A stretch of 63,944 nt of DNA, filler included, from Reticulomyxa filosa (taxonomy: Eukaryota; Protista; Foraminifera), in the NCBI GenBank assembly GCA_000512085.1. It is 25 parts of 25 records of this genome, joined end to end, with 100 filler letters (N's around TTAATTAATTAA, not from the genome) between each part and the next. Parts side by side here need not be neighbours in the genome. Positions count along the whole stretch, not along the records: positions 1 to 1,442 come from ASPP01037256.1; positions 1,543 to 6,410 come from ASPP01000948.1; positions 6,511 to 7,586 come from ASPP01047339.1; positions 7,687 to 8,745 come from ASPP01040528.1; positions 8,846 to 11,017 come from ASPP01008316.1; positions 11,118 to 12,117 come from ASPP01047044.1; positions 12,218 to 18,214 come from ASPP01025577.1; 18 more parts are not named here. One strand, 5' to 3'. The notes beneath the pieces are model-generated. The model worked only from the letters and a program-made list of their open reading frames with translations, had not been told where the DNA came from and ran no database searches. Of this stretch, positions 1-13,810 are shown in pieces (within the stretch, counting starts at the first letter, position 1; every line of letters begins with the position of its first letter). The translations under genes and the position numbers were made by a program.

Positions 1-1012
1 TCGTCCGTCCAAAACAGCACCGAACGCACATATAGTTCGTTTTCTACGACTGCGAGAAAAACGCAGCCGACAGCGATAAAATCCCAAGCTAATGAAAAGG
101 ATAAGTCCGACCATGATGACAGAAAATTTGAACCGAATAGGCTTCCAAGTGATACCAATATTGGTAAAGGTATTGTTTGATTGTCCAACGCTACTGCCAG
201 TGGTGAATGAATCTTTTAACTTTTTTTTTAAACAACAAAGGAACTTTTAATTTTTTTTTAAAGATGACTAATGCTATGTGAACCAAGTCCCAAAGACAAT
301 AAACAGTCGAATACATTATACAATGACGCGGTTGACAACATACCATTTGGAATGGAATTCGTTTCAGACGTTCGGTCGCGTATCTATCAACATTTTTCCA
401 GTAGTACTACGTATATTGGATCGACATACTTGTGCAAGTTTGTTCTATATGACGACACGTCCCCTTACTCTCACATGCACACCGCCGTCGCTGTCTCTGA
501 CAATAATTCATCGATCAAATCACGACAGCGCATGATCTCTCTGTGTCCAAGGACTTACCCCTTCTCAAGACAAGGGACAATTTTTCGCTTCTGTCGATGA
601 TTTCGATTCATACTCCAGTACCAAGCCAACTCTATCCACAAGTTATATACATGTATATGTATATCCAAATGATCTCTAAAGTCTTTATGCGAATATTGAC
701 AGACGGTAAGAAGATGCAACATCCAAAAGGATAGTTGCTGAAGTTCTTGGCACGCTCAAATAATAATAAAAAACCACTGGAACTACGATATCTACTGTCA
801 ATAGCCACAACAGTAGCATCAGTGTGAGCACAAGTAACGCACATGCAAATAGTGATAACAGTATATACATTTTGGGTGGGCGTGGCCAAGACACGGCCAA
901 AGAGTCAAGTGCAATGCCGCTGCTAGTGATTGAGGAAATGCAAAGTCTGTCGTTCACGACAATGCCAATAAGCATTTGTCCTTTGCTTATGTCGCAAGGA
1001 AGCAACCTAATA
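1..1012 (+). CDS. Hypothetical S/T-rich protein, partial spliced gene (possibly frameshifted or a pseudogene)
   Basis: Coding-like blocks at 1-168, 264-640 and ~780-1012 are flanked by GT/AG and T/A-rich intron-like DNA. No domain recognised, and the frames do not join cleanly. Confidence 0.3.
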
Positions 1013-1442
1013 GTTGGGTTCAAGTTAATCAAGCGAAAAATTTTATTTTTTTTCTTATATATGTGTATACGGATTTTATTATTCAAGTATAATTATAAAA
1101 AAAAATAGAAAATAAAAAGTTTTTGCATGTGATTGATACTTCCATTCTATCTCACCCATTCTGATCGGGCCCTTTTTTCTGCAAATGGTAATACTAATTC
1201 AATGATAGAACTCAGTGACAGCTGTAACAATAGTAACAATAATAATAATAACAACTCCATGAATTCAATGTCCTTTATTTTTATTATTGCAATGCAAACA
1301 TCAAGGATTGACAGAATAGCCAGGTTTCATACTATAGCACATATATGTACGAATAATAATTATTATTATATATTTGTATATATGTATATGTTGTTTTGTT
1401 TACATAAAATTAAAAGTGGCTAGAACGTGCTAATTGTGTTTG

Positions 1443-1542
1443 NNNNNNNNNNNNNNNNNNNNNNNNNNNNNNNNNNNNNNNNNNNNTTAATTAATTAANN
1501 NNNNNNNNNNNNNNNNNNNNNNNNNNNNNNNNNNNNNNNNNN
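1443..1542. other. Artificial contig linker N44-TTAATTAATTAA-N44 (first of 24)
   Basis: Identical 100-bp linkers start at 1443, 6411, 7587, 8746, 11018, 12118, 18215, 19435, 22044, 26168, 27307, 28577, 29839, 32002, 33787, 37135, 43469, 44644, 46597, 50198, 53364, 54660, 57835 and 61712. The core gives stops in all six frames. Contigs often end in homopolymers or microsatellites. Confidence 0.98.
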
Positions 1543-1815
1543 CCCGAGTTCAAACCTTTAGAATAGGGACTTGTACTACACGTTCATTTTTTTTTCTTGC
1601 TACTTCGCAATTCATTCACTTTTGCTCATGTTTTAGTTTTATTCGTTTCATCATTTCACAAATTAATGGCAGTTTTAGATATGATAAAAAATTTTTTTAA
1701 TATCAATTATATCAATTATACCATTTACATCAACGTAAAAAAAAGGGGTAATTTTATTACTTAAGTAGTTTTGTGAACGTGAGTTAATTTAGTTTTACAC
1801 AAAACTAGAGAAAAG

Positions 1816-3353
1816 ATGACAGTTTTTTCTGCAATATTGATAGTGATTTCTTTGTTTAAAATTTCTCATTGTGAAAAGTTAGGACTGGACTTTTTGGTAA
1901 TGGGAGACTGGGGAGGGTCCTCCGATGCACCAAACTACACAACTACTGACGAGATCAGTACAGCATCTGTTATGGGAGGATTAGCAGAACAGTACCCGAT
2001 TGAATTTGTTCTAGGACTAGGTGACAATTTCTATGAATACGGAATCCGAGGAGATGCAAATGATCCAAGATTTAAAGAAGTTTTTTTTTACCTCTCTTGG
2101 CATACTTTTTTAATTGTATAAGCGGTCCCTCCCAAAGGTGAGGCTAAGAAAAAGAAAATCGTGTAATTTACAGGTTGTGAATGAACAATAGACATTTGAT
2201 GACGTATTCACGAGTCAATCATTGCAGAACATGTCTTTCCATTTCATTGCTGGAAACCATGACTGGCGAGGTTAGGCCACATTTTTGTATACATTCGTTG
2301 GTGACAAAAGGGAGTTATGAAAAAAAAAAAATCGAAAGGGAATGTGAGTGCTGAAGTTGCACATTCTGCATTATCCCAACGTTGGAAATTTCCAAGTTAT
2401 TATTACACATTGAGTTTCAATATTCCAGTCAATGTAAGCAACACTATTCAAAATTTGACTGTCGATATAATCATGTTGGATACTGTTTTATTAGTCGGAC
2501 TGAGGTGAGACTAATCTGTTCCTTTTCTCTGCTATCTTTTTTGTCTTGTTTGTCTCTCAATTTTATGTTCAACTAATATTTGACCCACATCGAACTTGTA
2601 ACTATGGGGATCAAAAATGACAAAAATAGCGACGACAACGATGAGTATTATTATAAACAGTGTGCGGAACAGGGAATTCCAAAAGACAAATGTCCGCTGA
2701 GTCAACCAATGGGAGCAGTGTTTGAAGAGGAATGGACATGGCTGAAAGCACAACTTGCCAGCAGTACTGCCAATTACATATTGGTATGTGGACACTACCC
2801 CATTTATTCAATTGCGGAACATGGACCCACTTGGTCATTGGTCGAAAAGTTAAAACCTTTATTGCTTGAATACCAAGTCAGCGCTTACATCAATGGACAC
2901 GACCATACCTTTGAATTCATCCAATTCGATTCCAAAGATGAAAAAGAAGATTATATTGCTTACGTCACTGTTGGTGGCTCGCATACTTGTGATTCCTCCA
3001 CTGCTCATAAAGTTTTGATAAATATATTTATTTTTTTTTTTTTTTTTTTTACAAACATCAAAATATGGTTCATTTTGTTTATCCAGTATAAACGTGTATA
3101 TTTATATGTCAATATATATCTTACATTTAATATGTGTATATACATATTCGGCCTCCCTGCACACACGTTTTTGTTGTTGTTTCCGTCGCTGCATTAGATA
3201 TTTGTTCCCGACAGTGCGCTTCATTTTCATGGATGCAGCAGTGGCGGAACTGCACGAGTTCACATAGAAAATGACTTGCAGTTTTTCTTTTATTATGGAA
3301 CATCTAGTCAAACTATTGTGTATGCTAGCCCTCAAATCAAACCCAGACACTAA
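1816..3353 (+). CDS. ACP5: Secreted purple acid phosphatase / tartrate-resistant acid phosphatase type 5-like (5 exons)
   Basis: Exons 1816-2079, 2192-2270, 2339-2504, 2630-3011 and 3198-3353 join in frame via GT-AG. Signal peptide plus all five metal-ligand motifs: GDWG, GDNFY, GNHD, GHYP, GHDH. Confidence 0.93.
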
Positions 3354-3756
3354 GTATTTGTTGTTTTAAAGTCGTTATCTCGCATTTTTTTCGTTTCAAT
3401 CAGTTTGTAAACTTTTTTTTACTTTTCTATTTGAAACTTAAGTCCTTCATAAGTAGCTATTTAGGGCTCTGGGTTCATTCTGTTCCAGTAATTCACGGAA
3501 TATCTTGCAATGCTTCGATGCTCATTTACGCCTTCTTCAAAATAAAGAATTTCTCACTCAAGCACTTTTTTTGTTAACTACGTCGGAAAACTAAAATCTC
3601 AAGCAAAAATATAATTAACGTTTCAAAGACCGTGTCCAATCTGTACAGGATCGCTTTCTTATAGTCATTAATAATTGTAGTCAAGTGATTCAAATGTGGT
3701 TTGTTAATGCTTTGAAACCACCGTACAAAAAGGGAAGACCCAGTTTGTATTGCTCC

Positions 3757-4935
3757 ATGGATGAGTCCTTGCCCTCCGACAAAACAAACGAGCCAGTGAT
3801 TCGGCGGCTTTCTAGTCTAACTTTAAGCAAAAAAACACGACCAAGTTTAAGAACAGAGCCATCTATTGTAAAAACAAGCCCAACGGACAAGAACACTGAA
3901 TTTTGGAACGACTTGTATCGTGAAGGAAATATTGCAAACATTGTCGGCAGAAATTATGACACTGTAATAACCAAAGAGGATGCAATATTAATATTATGTA
4001 ATTATCTCCATGTATCCGAAAATTATATAGACACAAATCATCCCTTAATTGGATTACTATCGAACCAATCGATTCGTTTTTTGCGACATAAGATCCAAAC
4101 TGACAACGAATTTTTCGAAACAGTCCGGCAATACTTGGGACAGTTAAATGAGAAGTACTACATTTACTCGTATTCCAATTTCGATGAATGCTGTGATAAA
4201 AGTACAAAAGTCGAAAATGACAAAGCACACAATTCGTTTTATCCTGCTCAGTCTCAATATCAGTCTCAGCTTCCATCTCAGCGACATATTCATACTGTGA
4301 GTGAAGACGCCTTCGAATTTGTCGATCCTGAGACCATGTACGAACAAGAGGAATGGGCGTTTGACGATCAACGTTTCGTTGTTGCTTACACGTATACAAC
4401 TTTTACACCGTATACAGAAAAATAGACAAGTGTAATACGATTGTCAACCAACTTTTTACAACCAAAAAAAAAAAACTATTTTTCTTGTTTCCCTCCCTCT
4501 TTTTTTAATTTTTATTTGAATCAAGGCTTCAAACCAATCGAAACTGATGCAGATGTGGAAAAAGAAGAATTGGTTGAGAATAATGATCACAAAGAAAAAG
4601 GAGAAATAATGGAAAAAGTGAATGAGTTGCGAAGCGCAAGAAAAAAAAGCGGACATGCGAAAATGAGCGCAAGCGGAAAAAGAAAAAAAAAACAAAGCGA
4701 AATAATGAGCGAACAAGCGTTTGAAGAATCTATTATTTTGACTCCGATGGCCAGTTTAAAGCTTGCTTTGGACGCTCAAAGTAATAGTGAGCACAGTGAA
4801 ACATCGCCCCAAGTTCGTCAGCAAACTTTATCTATCAGTGTCACATCCGAAAATGGGACTGTTTTTCAATTGGTTCCATTCAATGATTGGTCGTCCAATC
4901 CATTAGTTTTATCTTCCACGCCACCAAACAAATAA
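3757..4935 (+). CDS. Hypothetical protein (probably 2 exons)
   Basis: Long ORFs 3685-4425 (first convincing ATG, MDESLPS, at 3757) and 4441-4935 are separated by an A/T-rich intron-like stretch ending AATCAAG. No domain recognised. Confidence 0.55.
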
Positions 4936-7049
4936 ACGCTGATAAACATAAAAGAGATTTTTTGCAGAAAAAAAAACTTTTTTTTAATTTTATCTATGTC
5001 TTTGTCTTGTCCGATCATATCTGAACGGCTTTCTTTTTATCCCTTGTTGTTATGAAAAAAATTGGTGTTGTTCTATTTGATTTAGGTTTTGTTCAGTTCT
5101 CTTATGTTATTTACGGAGAGAAAATCAATGTAACTCTTTTTTTTTTGTTGTTGCTCGTTTTCTTTCTTCTGTTAGAAGCACAAAACAAACAAAAATATAT
5201 GTGTAACATACATGTATTATTATGTACACTGTGTATGCACATCTATATATTTTTTGCTGTTGTTCGTTTTTTGTGTTTCTTGGTTTACACTCTTTCTTTT
5301 TCCATATTTTATTTTACTTTTACTTTGGTGCACAACAACAAAAAAAGAAAGATAGAACACTGAACTGTGCATGTATCTTTGTATTTCTTGTGACATCCTA
5401 CTAATGTCACGACACGCAAACCCGAAACTTGGCGAAAATAAACACACATTATTTGTACAACTACTTTTTTTTCCAGTGTCGTTTCTCCCTAGTTTTTTTT
5501 GTCTGATTTCGGTGTGCGTGTTGTGCTGTGGAAATGGGAAAACGATCAAGTGTAAAGGTCGTTTGGATGCGTGTTTTGAGTTTCTTTGTCATTTCTGTTT
5601 AATTGTTCGTCATTATTGATCGTGTTTCCATTTGTCTTTGAACTATTTTTGACTGTTCAATTAGTGAACAATTAATTGAAGCAATACAAAAAGGTAAAAC
5701 TGGCTGCTGAAAAACACATCACTAATCATAAAGTATCTCTTCGCAGAAAAGCAAAGTACACTGAGATTTATTCACCTTTTTTTATCAATTGTAATATTAT
5801 TTTGCTATTTCAAAAGTAGTAGGCCTTTTGTCAGTTTAATTTCTTGCCCAATAAATGCAATACTTCCTCAAGATGAACAACATCAATTAGATGAATTGAA
5901 AACAATCATAATATTTTATGTATTTTACAAAACGTATACATTTTTTTCAATTTCTTTGTTCAGACAGTTAAAAATAGATAAACATTAAATCTTTTTGCGT
6001 TTGAGATTTCTCATACACGTTTCGAAAAAACGATTTGTTGAACGCCTTGCAAATGAAATACTGTATTCAAATATCTTATACTTATAACTGGCTCTACATT
6101 AAGAGTAAATAATTTTTTGATTAGCAAAGAATTATTACTTGTCCGTTTTGTCCATTATTTTCATTCAACACTCAAATGACAAGTATACAAAACGATCATT
6201 TACTGAAATAATGTAATAATGTAATGTCGATTAAAGAGATTGCAAATGTATCTATTACTTATATTGACATAGTCATATATTCGCGATAATATTGAAAAAT
6301 ACACTGTAAATTTGTTTCAATTAAATGATTTAATTATCTTATCATTCTGTCGTGCTAAATATGTTATCAGAAAACTAAAAATCAATTTTTTTTTAAGACG
6401 AAAAAAAAAANNNNNNNNNNNNNNNNNNNNNNNNNNNNNNNNNNNNNNNNNNNNTTAATTAATTAANNNNNNNNNNNNNNNNNNNNNNNNNNNNNNNNNN
6501 NNNNNNNNNNTACATTAATTGAAATTTACGAAAAACAAAAGATCAATAAACTTTTTACATTTTGCTAAAAGTTTCAAAAATAAAAGAGTCCATGTAAAAA
6601 AGCTAATGACAGAACAAAATGTAATACGAAAGGTTTTGCTCATCGAGCAAATTGAACCGAGTGAAAAATTGAATAAAAGAAAAAAATATCAGACAAATAC
6701 AAAGGGTATGTATGAGAAGTACTCGAAAAGGATAAGCAACAAAATGTTAAATAATGAGAGCCCGGAGTTTCTCGATATGCGGAGTTGAGCTACAAACACT
6801 GGTGTTGTTTTAATGTTTTTTTCAATTTTGTAAAAAACACTCTTTAGATGCAGAATGATGTAAAAATAAATGAGCACTTTAAATGTTAATAATAGACCAA
6901 TCTAAATTGGATAATTGTACTTGTTTCCATTTACAAATTAAAGTATTGACCCAACAAAGTTTTTAAGCAATCTCCAGGTCTGCTCTTTTTTTGTAAGGTG
7001 TAACTTTAATTTTTTAAAAAAGTAAAAAGAAATACAAGAGATTGAGAAC

Positions 7050-7516
7050 ATGAGGTATGCTTTTGTTTCCTTGACCGTATAATCTAATGTAGCTGCATTT
7101 TCTTGATTATGACTTAGTGGACGTGCTACACGAAACGAACTCATTCAAAGCATTAAAGAGTATCCAAATTGCCAAATAATTGAAGAAAACAAAGAATTTA
7201 AAATTGATTTTTGCGTCCAAGACAAGAGTCAATTTCACTTGAAAATGTTTGGAGTGTGTTTTTCCTTTGAGACTTCTTGCGCATAAATATTTGTTGTGTC
7301 AACAGTTCTTTGCCTAAATCTTTTCCAAGAGACCCTCCACAATTAGTACTTCAACCAGTAATCGATTTACCTTGGATAAGAAAGAAGAATGGTACTATCA
7401 TTTATAAAAGATTCAATAAAAAATGGAAAGCTGATAGCGCACACTTGATTAACTTAATAACAGAAATCAAATCAAAGGTGGAAGGATTTGTGGAGAAAAA
7501 TCAATCACCAAAAAAA
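7050..7516 (+). CDS. VPS37A-like N-terminal UEV-like domain protein (ESCRT-I), 5' part
   Basis: Spliced translation MSGRATRNELIQSIKEYPNCQIIEENKEFKIDF...HLKISLPKSFPRDPPQLVLQPVIDLPWI...LINLITEI matches the UEV/UBC-fold LPxxFPxxPP signature, with no catalytic Cys. Truncated by the linker. Confidence 0.6.
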
Positions 7517-7787
7517 GTGTGAAAATTTTATTTATTTATTTAAACAAATGCTTATTCCAACATCTACACTCTTTTTTTTTTTTTTTNNNNNNNNNNNNNN
7601 NNNNNNNNNNNNNNNNNNNNNNNNNNNNNNTTAATTAATTAANNNNNNNNNNNNNNNNNNNNNNNNNNNNNNNNNNNNNNNNNNNNAAGCAATAACAAAA
7701 AAAAACGCCATGACAATAAAAGAAAATACAAGTTTTCTGACCGGGTTTCTGTTGGATTAGGAAAAAAATATATAATATAAAATTCAG

Positions 7788-8718
7788 TGTATACATTTCA
7801 ACCGGCTGATATGACTGAATCATGGAAGGAAAAGGTGGCAGAACTGCGGAAACAAAAAGGAAATGATGTTTGTGCAGATTGTGGACGCAAAGGTGAACGA
7901 GACTACTTTTCTGACGTTTGTATTTGCATGTTGCTACTTTTTTGTGTATTATGGTTATGGATTGAAAACGTGTGGGTGGGGACGAACAATGAATGTAACA
8001 GATCCTGATTGGAGTGTATACAATATTGGCGTATTTGTGTGCATTGATTGTGCGGGGATTCATAGACAATTAGGTGTTCATATATCCAAAGTGAAATCAG
8101 CCACATTGGACTCATGGAATGATGATCAAATCCAGGTAATGGTGATGTCCTTCAAAAGTGTTCACTCAATTCCAACTTCAATTTTTTTTTTTTTTTAAAA
8201 AAAAAAGAGGGGGAAAAAGGGGGAGGGGGGGAAGAAAGAATTGATTCTTTATAAGAAGATAAAAATAACTCTATAACAAACTGAGTAATAAATAAATAAT
8301 TGTAATGATTTATTTATTATTTGGAAAAACAAATGTTGGACAAAGGGAATGAAAAGCAAAGGAAATTTACAAATGAAACAATTGTATGAGGCATGTTTAC
8401 CAAAATGGCATATGACACCCAAAGACAGTCCTCTCAGTGAGTATAGAAAATGGTTTATTCAGCAAAAGTATGCCGAAAAAAAATGGATGAGAAATGACGA
8501 TGAAAAGAGTTTTATTTTGTATTTAAAATATTTCTTTTTCCCTCTCTCTTTTTTTTTTTTTTTTTCCTTTTTGTCCATTCTGTACATGTACATATTCTCG
8601 CCCTCCCCTCCCCCCCTTTTTGGTGGTCTTGGACCCGTCAATTGACTTTTTCTTGGCCTAATTGAATTAAAATACAGAAGATACAGGAACCCATCCGGGA
8701 ATAAGCAAAGCGCCTGGG
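7788..8718 (+). CDS. ArfGAP domain protein (ADAP/SMAP-like), partial
   Basis: Exons 7788-7892, 8002-8135 and 8346-8508 give [50 protein letters not shown]...[10 protein letters not shown]...[11 protein letters not shown], the canonical CxxC-x16-CxxC-x4-R ArfGAP motif. Confidence 0.93.
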
Positions 8719-8887
8719 GTACGTTTTTTTTTTTTTTTTTTTTTTNNNNNNNNNNNNNNNNNNNNNNNNNNNNNNNNNNNNNNNNNNNNTTAATTAATTA
8801 ANNNNNNNNNNNNNNNNNNNNNNNNNNNNNNNNNNNNNNNNNNNNCCCTCCCCTCCTCCTCCTCCTTCTTTTTTTATCTTTACTCAC

Positions 8888-9268
8888 CTTCTTGCAGAAA
8901 ATGCAATGTGGCAAATAATCTTTGAATCTCATGCATAGACTCATTGATTTCCACTTCGTGAGATAACTTTTCCATAAAGACATTATTGTACACTGGCTTG
9001 CGAACATATTTCGCTCCATATTCTTTTGCTTCAAAAAATCTCTCTGATTGGCTTATTCTTCTCTCATATGCCTCATTTTTTTTAGGCACTTTCAATTCCG
9101 TGCTCTTTTCATTTACAAATGCTACTACACCATGTTCAACCTTCCGCTCGTGTATATTTTGCTCTGTCTCGTTATATTTTTTTCTATTTGTTCTGCATTT
9201 CGAGTCAACTCAATATTCTCATTTTCATTCAATTGTGTTTTCAAATCGTCCTTTTCATTGCTCATCAT
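8888..9268 (-). CDS. Hypothetical protein, first exon (likely homopolymer frameshift)
   Basis: ATG near 9268 (MMSNEKDD...), a frame change at an A-run, then KPVYNNVFMEKLSHEVE...HFLQE ending at a GTGAGT donor. Confidence 0.35.
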
Positions 9269-10622
9269 TCACCTAACCCGAAATGGAGCAATCAAAATAT
9301 TAATCTTTTTTACTTTGTTTATCTACCCCTTCCCCTAAGCTGTCTACACAGGCACGTTTGCATGTTTTCCAATGTCATCATTTTCATTTTAACTCATCTT
9401 TATCTCATTTATTTGTTTATTTTGTGTATTATGTTTCTGGCATTTCTGTCAGTTGCTGTTCTCTTCACTGCTTATTTTTTTGTATAATTTATTGATTAAA
9501 CTCATATTATTAAATGACATGTACCAATCAAACTGAAATTTTGTATTAAGGCGTGAGCCTCTTGCCAGTTTACACTTTCAATAATTTTCAAAATTAATTA
9601 CTTGCCACAAGAGAGAAAAAATATATCGTTTTAGAGTGTTAAAATGTTTGGTTTTCTGGTCTAGTTGACTATCTTCTAGCCTTGATATATCCAACTGGGA
9701 AAGTAGTCCATAATTACTAATCCTTTGTTATATGTTATATTTTTTCTTTCAAACTTCTTCTTATGAACAACATGTTCGTCTTCCTTGTCACGCTCCACTT
9801 TTTGCCAGTCAAACTCGGCTTGTGAGTTTTTCATATTAAAAATCTAAAGAAAGGAAACGTTGTGCTGAGATTCAGACCAATTTTGTGAAGACGTAAATTA
9901 TCGTGTCACAATAATTTGAAAGATTGAAGTTGTGGAAACAAAACGAGGTTCATAAATTGAGACATTCTGACGTTCTACAAACAATTGTTGAATGAAAACA
10001 TACGCGTTGTTTAAAAGTTTGCACAAAAACGCCACCTATGAAGACGATCAAATTTTTCCATGGAAAATAGATATCTCATCATTTTTAAATGTATCTACAT
10101 GATACAAAGACAAAAAAAAGATTTGAAATTTCTGTAACAATTCGGTAATTACTAGAAATTTTTCAAAGATTCCATGAAAACATGACCTTTTTCCCAACAA
10201 AAAATCAATTCACTAATTTCATACTTAAACTCGAACATTTGTTTTTAAAAAAACTGATCATCTTCATGAAATAGTGTTTTATTCAATTTTTAGAAAAGAA
10301 CAATATAGGAATGGCGAAGCTATACTATTCCATGTATATTGTCCGCATATTATTTTGAGATAAATCGGTCATGGCATACTTTAATACAGTTTTTCTATGA
10401 GAAGATAAATAGACCTTCCCTGCTTTACTTGCAAAGTTTTTAAGCAAGAAAAGACGACCCTGTTAGTACGTAGTGAGCTCAAACAAAACAGGAGGTTTCC
10501 TTCTGTAAGGAGCACTACTTTCTTTTGGATAAGACCATTTTACGTCTTTAAAATCTCATTTTCTTTTTTCTCTAGCTCTAATTGTTTTTCTAAATTGAAC
10601 AAAGTATTTTGTTAGTGATAAG

Positions 10623-10900
10623 ATGGAATTAGCAAAACTTGAAGAAGCAACCGAAAGCAAAGAAGAAGTAAGAATAGATGAGGATTGGTATAACAAGTTT
10701 ATAGAAAAAAGAGAGAAAAGAACAAAAAAGACTCAGCACAAGCATCATGGTCGTGTATGCTACGTCGACCCAAATGAATTATTTCCGCAGGCGACGTACT
10801 ATTTATCGCAGCGAGCACACCGACCCAAATATTACACAGAAATTCATGAGCAAGAGCCGTCAGCAGTACTAGCAGAAAAAAAGGCATCACAAGCAGAAGG
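10623..10900 (+). CDS. Hypothetical protein, first exon
   Basis: ATG-initiated 94-codon charged ORF ending at a GTGTGT donor-like site before the contig end. Confidence 0.4.
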
Positions 10901-12217
10901 TGTGTGATACCATACAAAAAAAAAAAAAGTGTTGACCATGAAGAAGGAGGGAAGGGGTAGAGTGATTTCGTGAGAAAATGTAGCACAAAAAAAAGTCTAC
11001 AAGCAAAAGCAATCACANNNNNNNNNNNNNNNNNNNNNNNNNNNNNNNNNNNNNNNNNNNNTTAATTAATTAANNNNNNNNNNNNNNNNNNNNNNNNNNN
11101 NNNNNNNNNNNNNNNNNTGATTAAGCCAACCAAAAAAATGCTACGTCAATTTGTCTTTGTTGTAACGATACAGCAAGTGTTTTGTTTCGGACATCAAGTA
11201 AAAAAAGCTTTGATGTTGCAAATTTCGGTAAAAGAGTTATTAGTCTTTGAAAAAGTCTTAGCAGATCTTCAATTGTCATTAGGATTCACCGAACAAATAA
11301 ACTAAATCCCTATTACATTACAACGGTTGCAACCACCTCCTTACCGATGTGTAGCATACCGTGCATACTTATCCATCAAACAGATAATTTGTTTTAATAT
11401 GGAAATTGTGAACTTTTTAAAGTATTACAATTTTTTGTAATGTTAACTTGGCACATTTCTAAATACAACAAATACTACCCGTAAAAAGTAACATTCCAAT
11501 TGCCCTTGGAGAGGTTAAGGACAAACGCATTTTCCGCAACATGTGCACGTTCGCCACAAAATAATTCTTTTTTTTCATTAGAGAGTAACGACATAGTAAA
11601 TAACAATCAATTTAATTTAACTTATCAGCAAAATGTGAGCAAATATCAGCCCAATTTGGTCATATCCTACCAATGCATTTATCATTTCATAGCATTTGAG
11701 TTTCTTCATGTAATGAAACGAAACTTAAAGATTTCAATGATTAGAAAGAAAAGAATGTATATCGTTAGGAATTACTGACTCTAGAACTTGTGTTTGTGTT
11801 GTTTTGGAGAAACAACAATAATGACAAAGAAAAAAATAAAAAAAATCGAACCACTCCCCTTTTAGGTACCTTTTCTGTTGTCTAATTTTATTGTTGTATT
11901 TTGTCAACACAATTTTAGTTTTGATTATTTTTTCTGTAGAAAACTATCTACAATGCAATTTTCTTTCGTATGACAGTTTTTTTTACAATTACAATTGTAT
12001 AGTGCAAATTTCAGCTGTATGTATCAAATAATGTCTTTTTGTGAAGAATACCATAGAAACTTGATGTTTGTTTTGTAGAGAGAATGGAGTAGACTAAGTG
12101 TAATACGAAAAAAAATTNNNNNNNNNNNNNNNNNNNNNNNNNNNNNNNNNNNNNNNNNNNNTTAATTAATTAANNNNNNNNNNNNNNNNNNNNNNNNNNN
12201 NNNNNNNNNNNNNNNNN

Positions 12218-12297
<80 letters not shown>

Positions 12298-12303
12298 GTT
12301 ATT
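12218..12303. repeat. (ATT)n / (ATCATT)n microsatellite encoding poly-N/ND on the minus strand
   Basis: Perfect tandem repeats directly visible at the contig break. Confidence 0.9.
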
Positions 12304-12990
12304 GCCATTGCTGACACCATTCCCACTGGCATAAATACTCTTCTCTGTTGTCGTTTTACAGTTGTTACTTTCGCTTGTGGGTGATACCTGAGTTGTTGAT
12401 GCTCCCCAGTAATGCAAAGTGTGATGCACAAATCCGATTCTTCTCATTTCTGTCACTTTGTTGCTGTTCGCTTTGTTTCGGTTGCTTTTGCGCGTACTTT
12501 CATACGCTTCGCATAATCGCGCATCTTTTTCTTCCACTTGAAACTCGACATTCTTTCCTGCCATTGGAATTGACAGGATCTTTTCAAAACAAACAAACAA
12601 AGATATTATTGTTTTTTTCTTTTTAGGGCTCGGTGAAACAAATACATAAATACATTATAATACAAAACTCCTCTGTCGAGATGCGATTGCAATCGAATGT
12701 ATCCGATAAGTGTATCTCTCTTTTGCGGGTTTGCGCTTTGAAATGTAACCAATTTTTTGGATATATCATCTGGCAATCTCAATGAGGCACAGTAATGTCC
12801 TGTCAATAATTCATTCGTATCATCCTTATTTGGTATCAAAAGAATGTCACTGTTTGAAACATTTAAAAACATTTGGGGACTATCTGGATTCCTATTTTTT
12901 TTTTAAAAAAAGAGCTTACAAGGTTTTTTGTTGGTTCAGCAAAAAAAGTTTTTAAAATTATACAAATTATTAAGTTTGAAAAGAGTCATT
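12218..12990 (-). CDS. Hypothetical spliced protein with poly-Asn/Asn-Asp tract, partial
   Basis: Exon-like blocks 12670-12890 (MFLNVSNSDILLIP...GYIRLQSHLDR) and 12218-12580 (LSIPMAGKNVEFQVEEKD...NNNNDNDND). Confidence 0.5.
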
Positions 12991-13810
12991 TTTTAAAAGG
13001 TTCTAATTTTTGCAAATAACTATAAAAATTTCATTTAATAAATAAACTCAATCAAATTAAAAGATTGAACTACAAAAACAGTAAAAGAAAATAAGAAAAA
13101 ACTGACAGCAAAGATAACAGTCCTTCAACTTTGTCATGTGTCCATTTTTGTTTGACGTTCACATCTGTCAAGCTGCGCAAATCTTGCAATGAACATAACA
13201 TATGGAGACAACATCCGATTTTGTTCTAGATTGTCGGACTGTAGCGTTTGATTGCAATACTAAAATTGAAAACTATTAATAGACTCAGCTCTAATGTGTC
13301 ATGTAAAATTCCCAGCTCAGCACTATATAGTACTTAATCGTTCGACTATTTCTTCTGAATAGTTACATCCCGAAATATTAGCTTATGCATTCATTAGTAC
13401 ATTGAACAAAAGAATGAGTAGTAATCGAATATTTAGTTTGAAATAACCAAAATTAGATATTTAAAAGCGTACCCCACAAATCAATATTTTCGATAATGTT
13501 TAGTAACTTTTGCAATGCAACGAACAAAAACTGTTTACGAAAATTGAACTTTTTTATTATTATTGTCAAGGGTGACGTTCACAAGTGAGTAATTTATGAA
13601 ACAACGTTTCCTCGGAATAATTGATTTTCGTAATGAATTGATCAAACAAACAAAAAGAATTACATAAAGGATATCCAAAAAGCCTTTTTCAAAACGAAAC
13701 AAAACAAAAACACAATTCTCCAAAGAAAACAAACAAAAAATTAGCTCACCCATATAAAATACAAAAGAACAGCATAAATCTTTTGTGTTCCTTCCTTTTT
13801 TATTATCGAA

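Noticed and set aside
730-780. In-frame TAA/TAG/TGA in coding-like frames suggesting stop-codon reassignment
   Set aside because: Conserved genes here (PIP5K, LSm5, WD40, PAP, Tom40) have no internal stops and end in TAA, TAG or TGA. The interruptions are better explained by introns, homopolymer errors or pseudogenes.
1487-1498. Regularly recurring TTAATTAATTAA as a CRISPR-like repeat, piggyBac TTAA site or chromosome-breakage signal
   Set aside because: Always centred in exactly 44+44 Ns. It is a synthetic six-frame-stop linker.
5052-5619. F/L/C-rich ORFs resembling membrane proteins (also 9048-9487, 35857-36075, 42807-43163)
   Set aside because: They are translations of T-rich UTR or intron DNA, or antisense shadows of real genes.
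7050-8718. UEV-ArfGAP fusion gene
   Set aside because: The two parts are on different contigs, and the available donor phases (0 or 2) do not match the phase-1 acceptor at 7788.
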